This document shows positions 63,787-64,000 of a stretch of DNA of 64,000 nucleotides, in pieces. The stretch comes from Myxococcota bacterium (lineage in GTDB: Bacteria; Myxococcota_A; Polyangia; HGW-17): contig JAHITJ010000199.1 of NCBI GenBank assembly GCA_018817795.1, forward strand, positions 11,682 through 75,681, in the 5' to 3' direction. Each line of letters opens with the position of its first letter. Position 1 is the stretch's first letter. A program made the position numbers and the translations under genes. The notes under the pieces are model-generated. The model was not told where the DNA came from, searched no databases, and saw only the letters and a program-made list of their open reading frames with translations.

Positions 63787-64000
63787 TTAGAACTGCTGCG
63801 GATATTCGACCTTCGCGCCCGGCGTCAGCACCACGAAACCCTGAAGCTCCAGCTCCCGCAGGGCCGCGTACACTTCCTCGCGCGTCAGGACCAACTCGGC
63901 GGCCAGGTCCTCGGTACGAATCCACTCCGGCCGGTGCGCGGTCAGCCAAGCCCGCACAGTCTCCACATGGGCCGGCGCCTGAGGCGGAAGCCGGTGATGG
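63787..64000 (-). CDS. 3' end of a hypothetical gene, possibly a winged-helix DNA-binding C-terminus; N-terminus outside the window
   Basis: My own translation of the open minus-strand frame gives ...HHRLPPQAPAHVETVRAWLTAHRPEWIRTEDLAAELVLTREEVYAALRELELQGFVVLTPGAKVEYPQQF, with stop TAA at 63789-63787. This reads far more protein-like than the track ORF 63632..63949. Confidence 0.4.
   Translation of the reverse strand, partial: HHRLPPQAPAHVETVRAWLTAHRPEWIRTEDLAAELVLTREEVYAALRELELQGFVVLTPGAKVEYPQQF

Noticed and set aside
63632-63949. 105-aa minus-strand ORF from the track at the right edge
   Set aside because: It is Arg/Gly/Pro-rich junk in a different frame from the open frame, which gives a protein-like winged-helix-type C-terminus ending at 63787.

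Overview
High-GC (~60%+) bacterial chromosomal window, densely coding on both strands. I call about 45 protein genes. By eye there is no rRNA, tRNA, CRISPR array, transposase, integrase or phage gene. Housekeeping genes recognised with confidence: glgP (partial), punA, rpsD, hcp, cobB-type sirtuin, dapA, panB, panC, recA, typA/bipA, a class II photolyase, a beta-CASP metallo-beta-lactamase RNase and an OMF-MFP-RND efflux operon. The rest has a myxobacteria-like (Myxococcota or related deltaproteobacterial) flavour. This taxonomic guess is inference from gene content only: four Hanks-type Ser/Thr kinases in 64 kb, FG-GAP/VCBS proteins, myxobacterial-type cysteine-rich repeat lipoproteins, a TPR-PEGA protein, a PilZ protein and many lipoproteins. 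I cannot point to a clear-cut known defence or mobile system. The candidates most worth follow-up are: (1) a tightly packed minus-strand cluster at 51815-55712 (GlgE-like GH13 core apparently lacking its catalytic Asp/Glu, small lipoprotein, Ser/Thr kinase, N-terminally extended UPRTase-fold protein), just downstream of a 1447-aa fused CoA-activase/dehydratase-like giant; (2) a PAS protein ending in an orphan DHp helix whose phospho-His is Pro; (3) a small ligand-binding-like protein translationally adjacent to a membrane kinase; (4) an unannotated Trp/Pro-rich ORF translationally coupled to recA; (5) an inverted pair of hexanucleotide-repeat arrays in a divergent intergenic region; (6) several near-perfect in-frame tandem DNA repeats, including a kinase tail of seven 57-bp units under visible purifying selection; (7) a perfect FNR/HcpR-type palindrome positioned as a class II activator site upstream of hcp. 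Many long ORFs in the supplied track are antisense shadows typical of high-GC DNA and were rejected. All family assignments come from motif recognition by eye. No database search was run.
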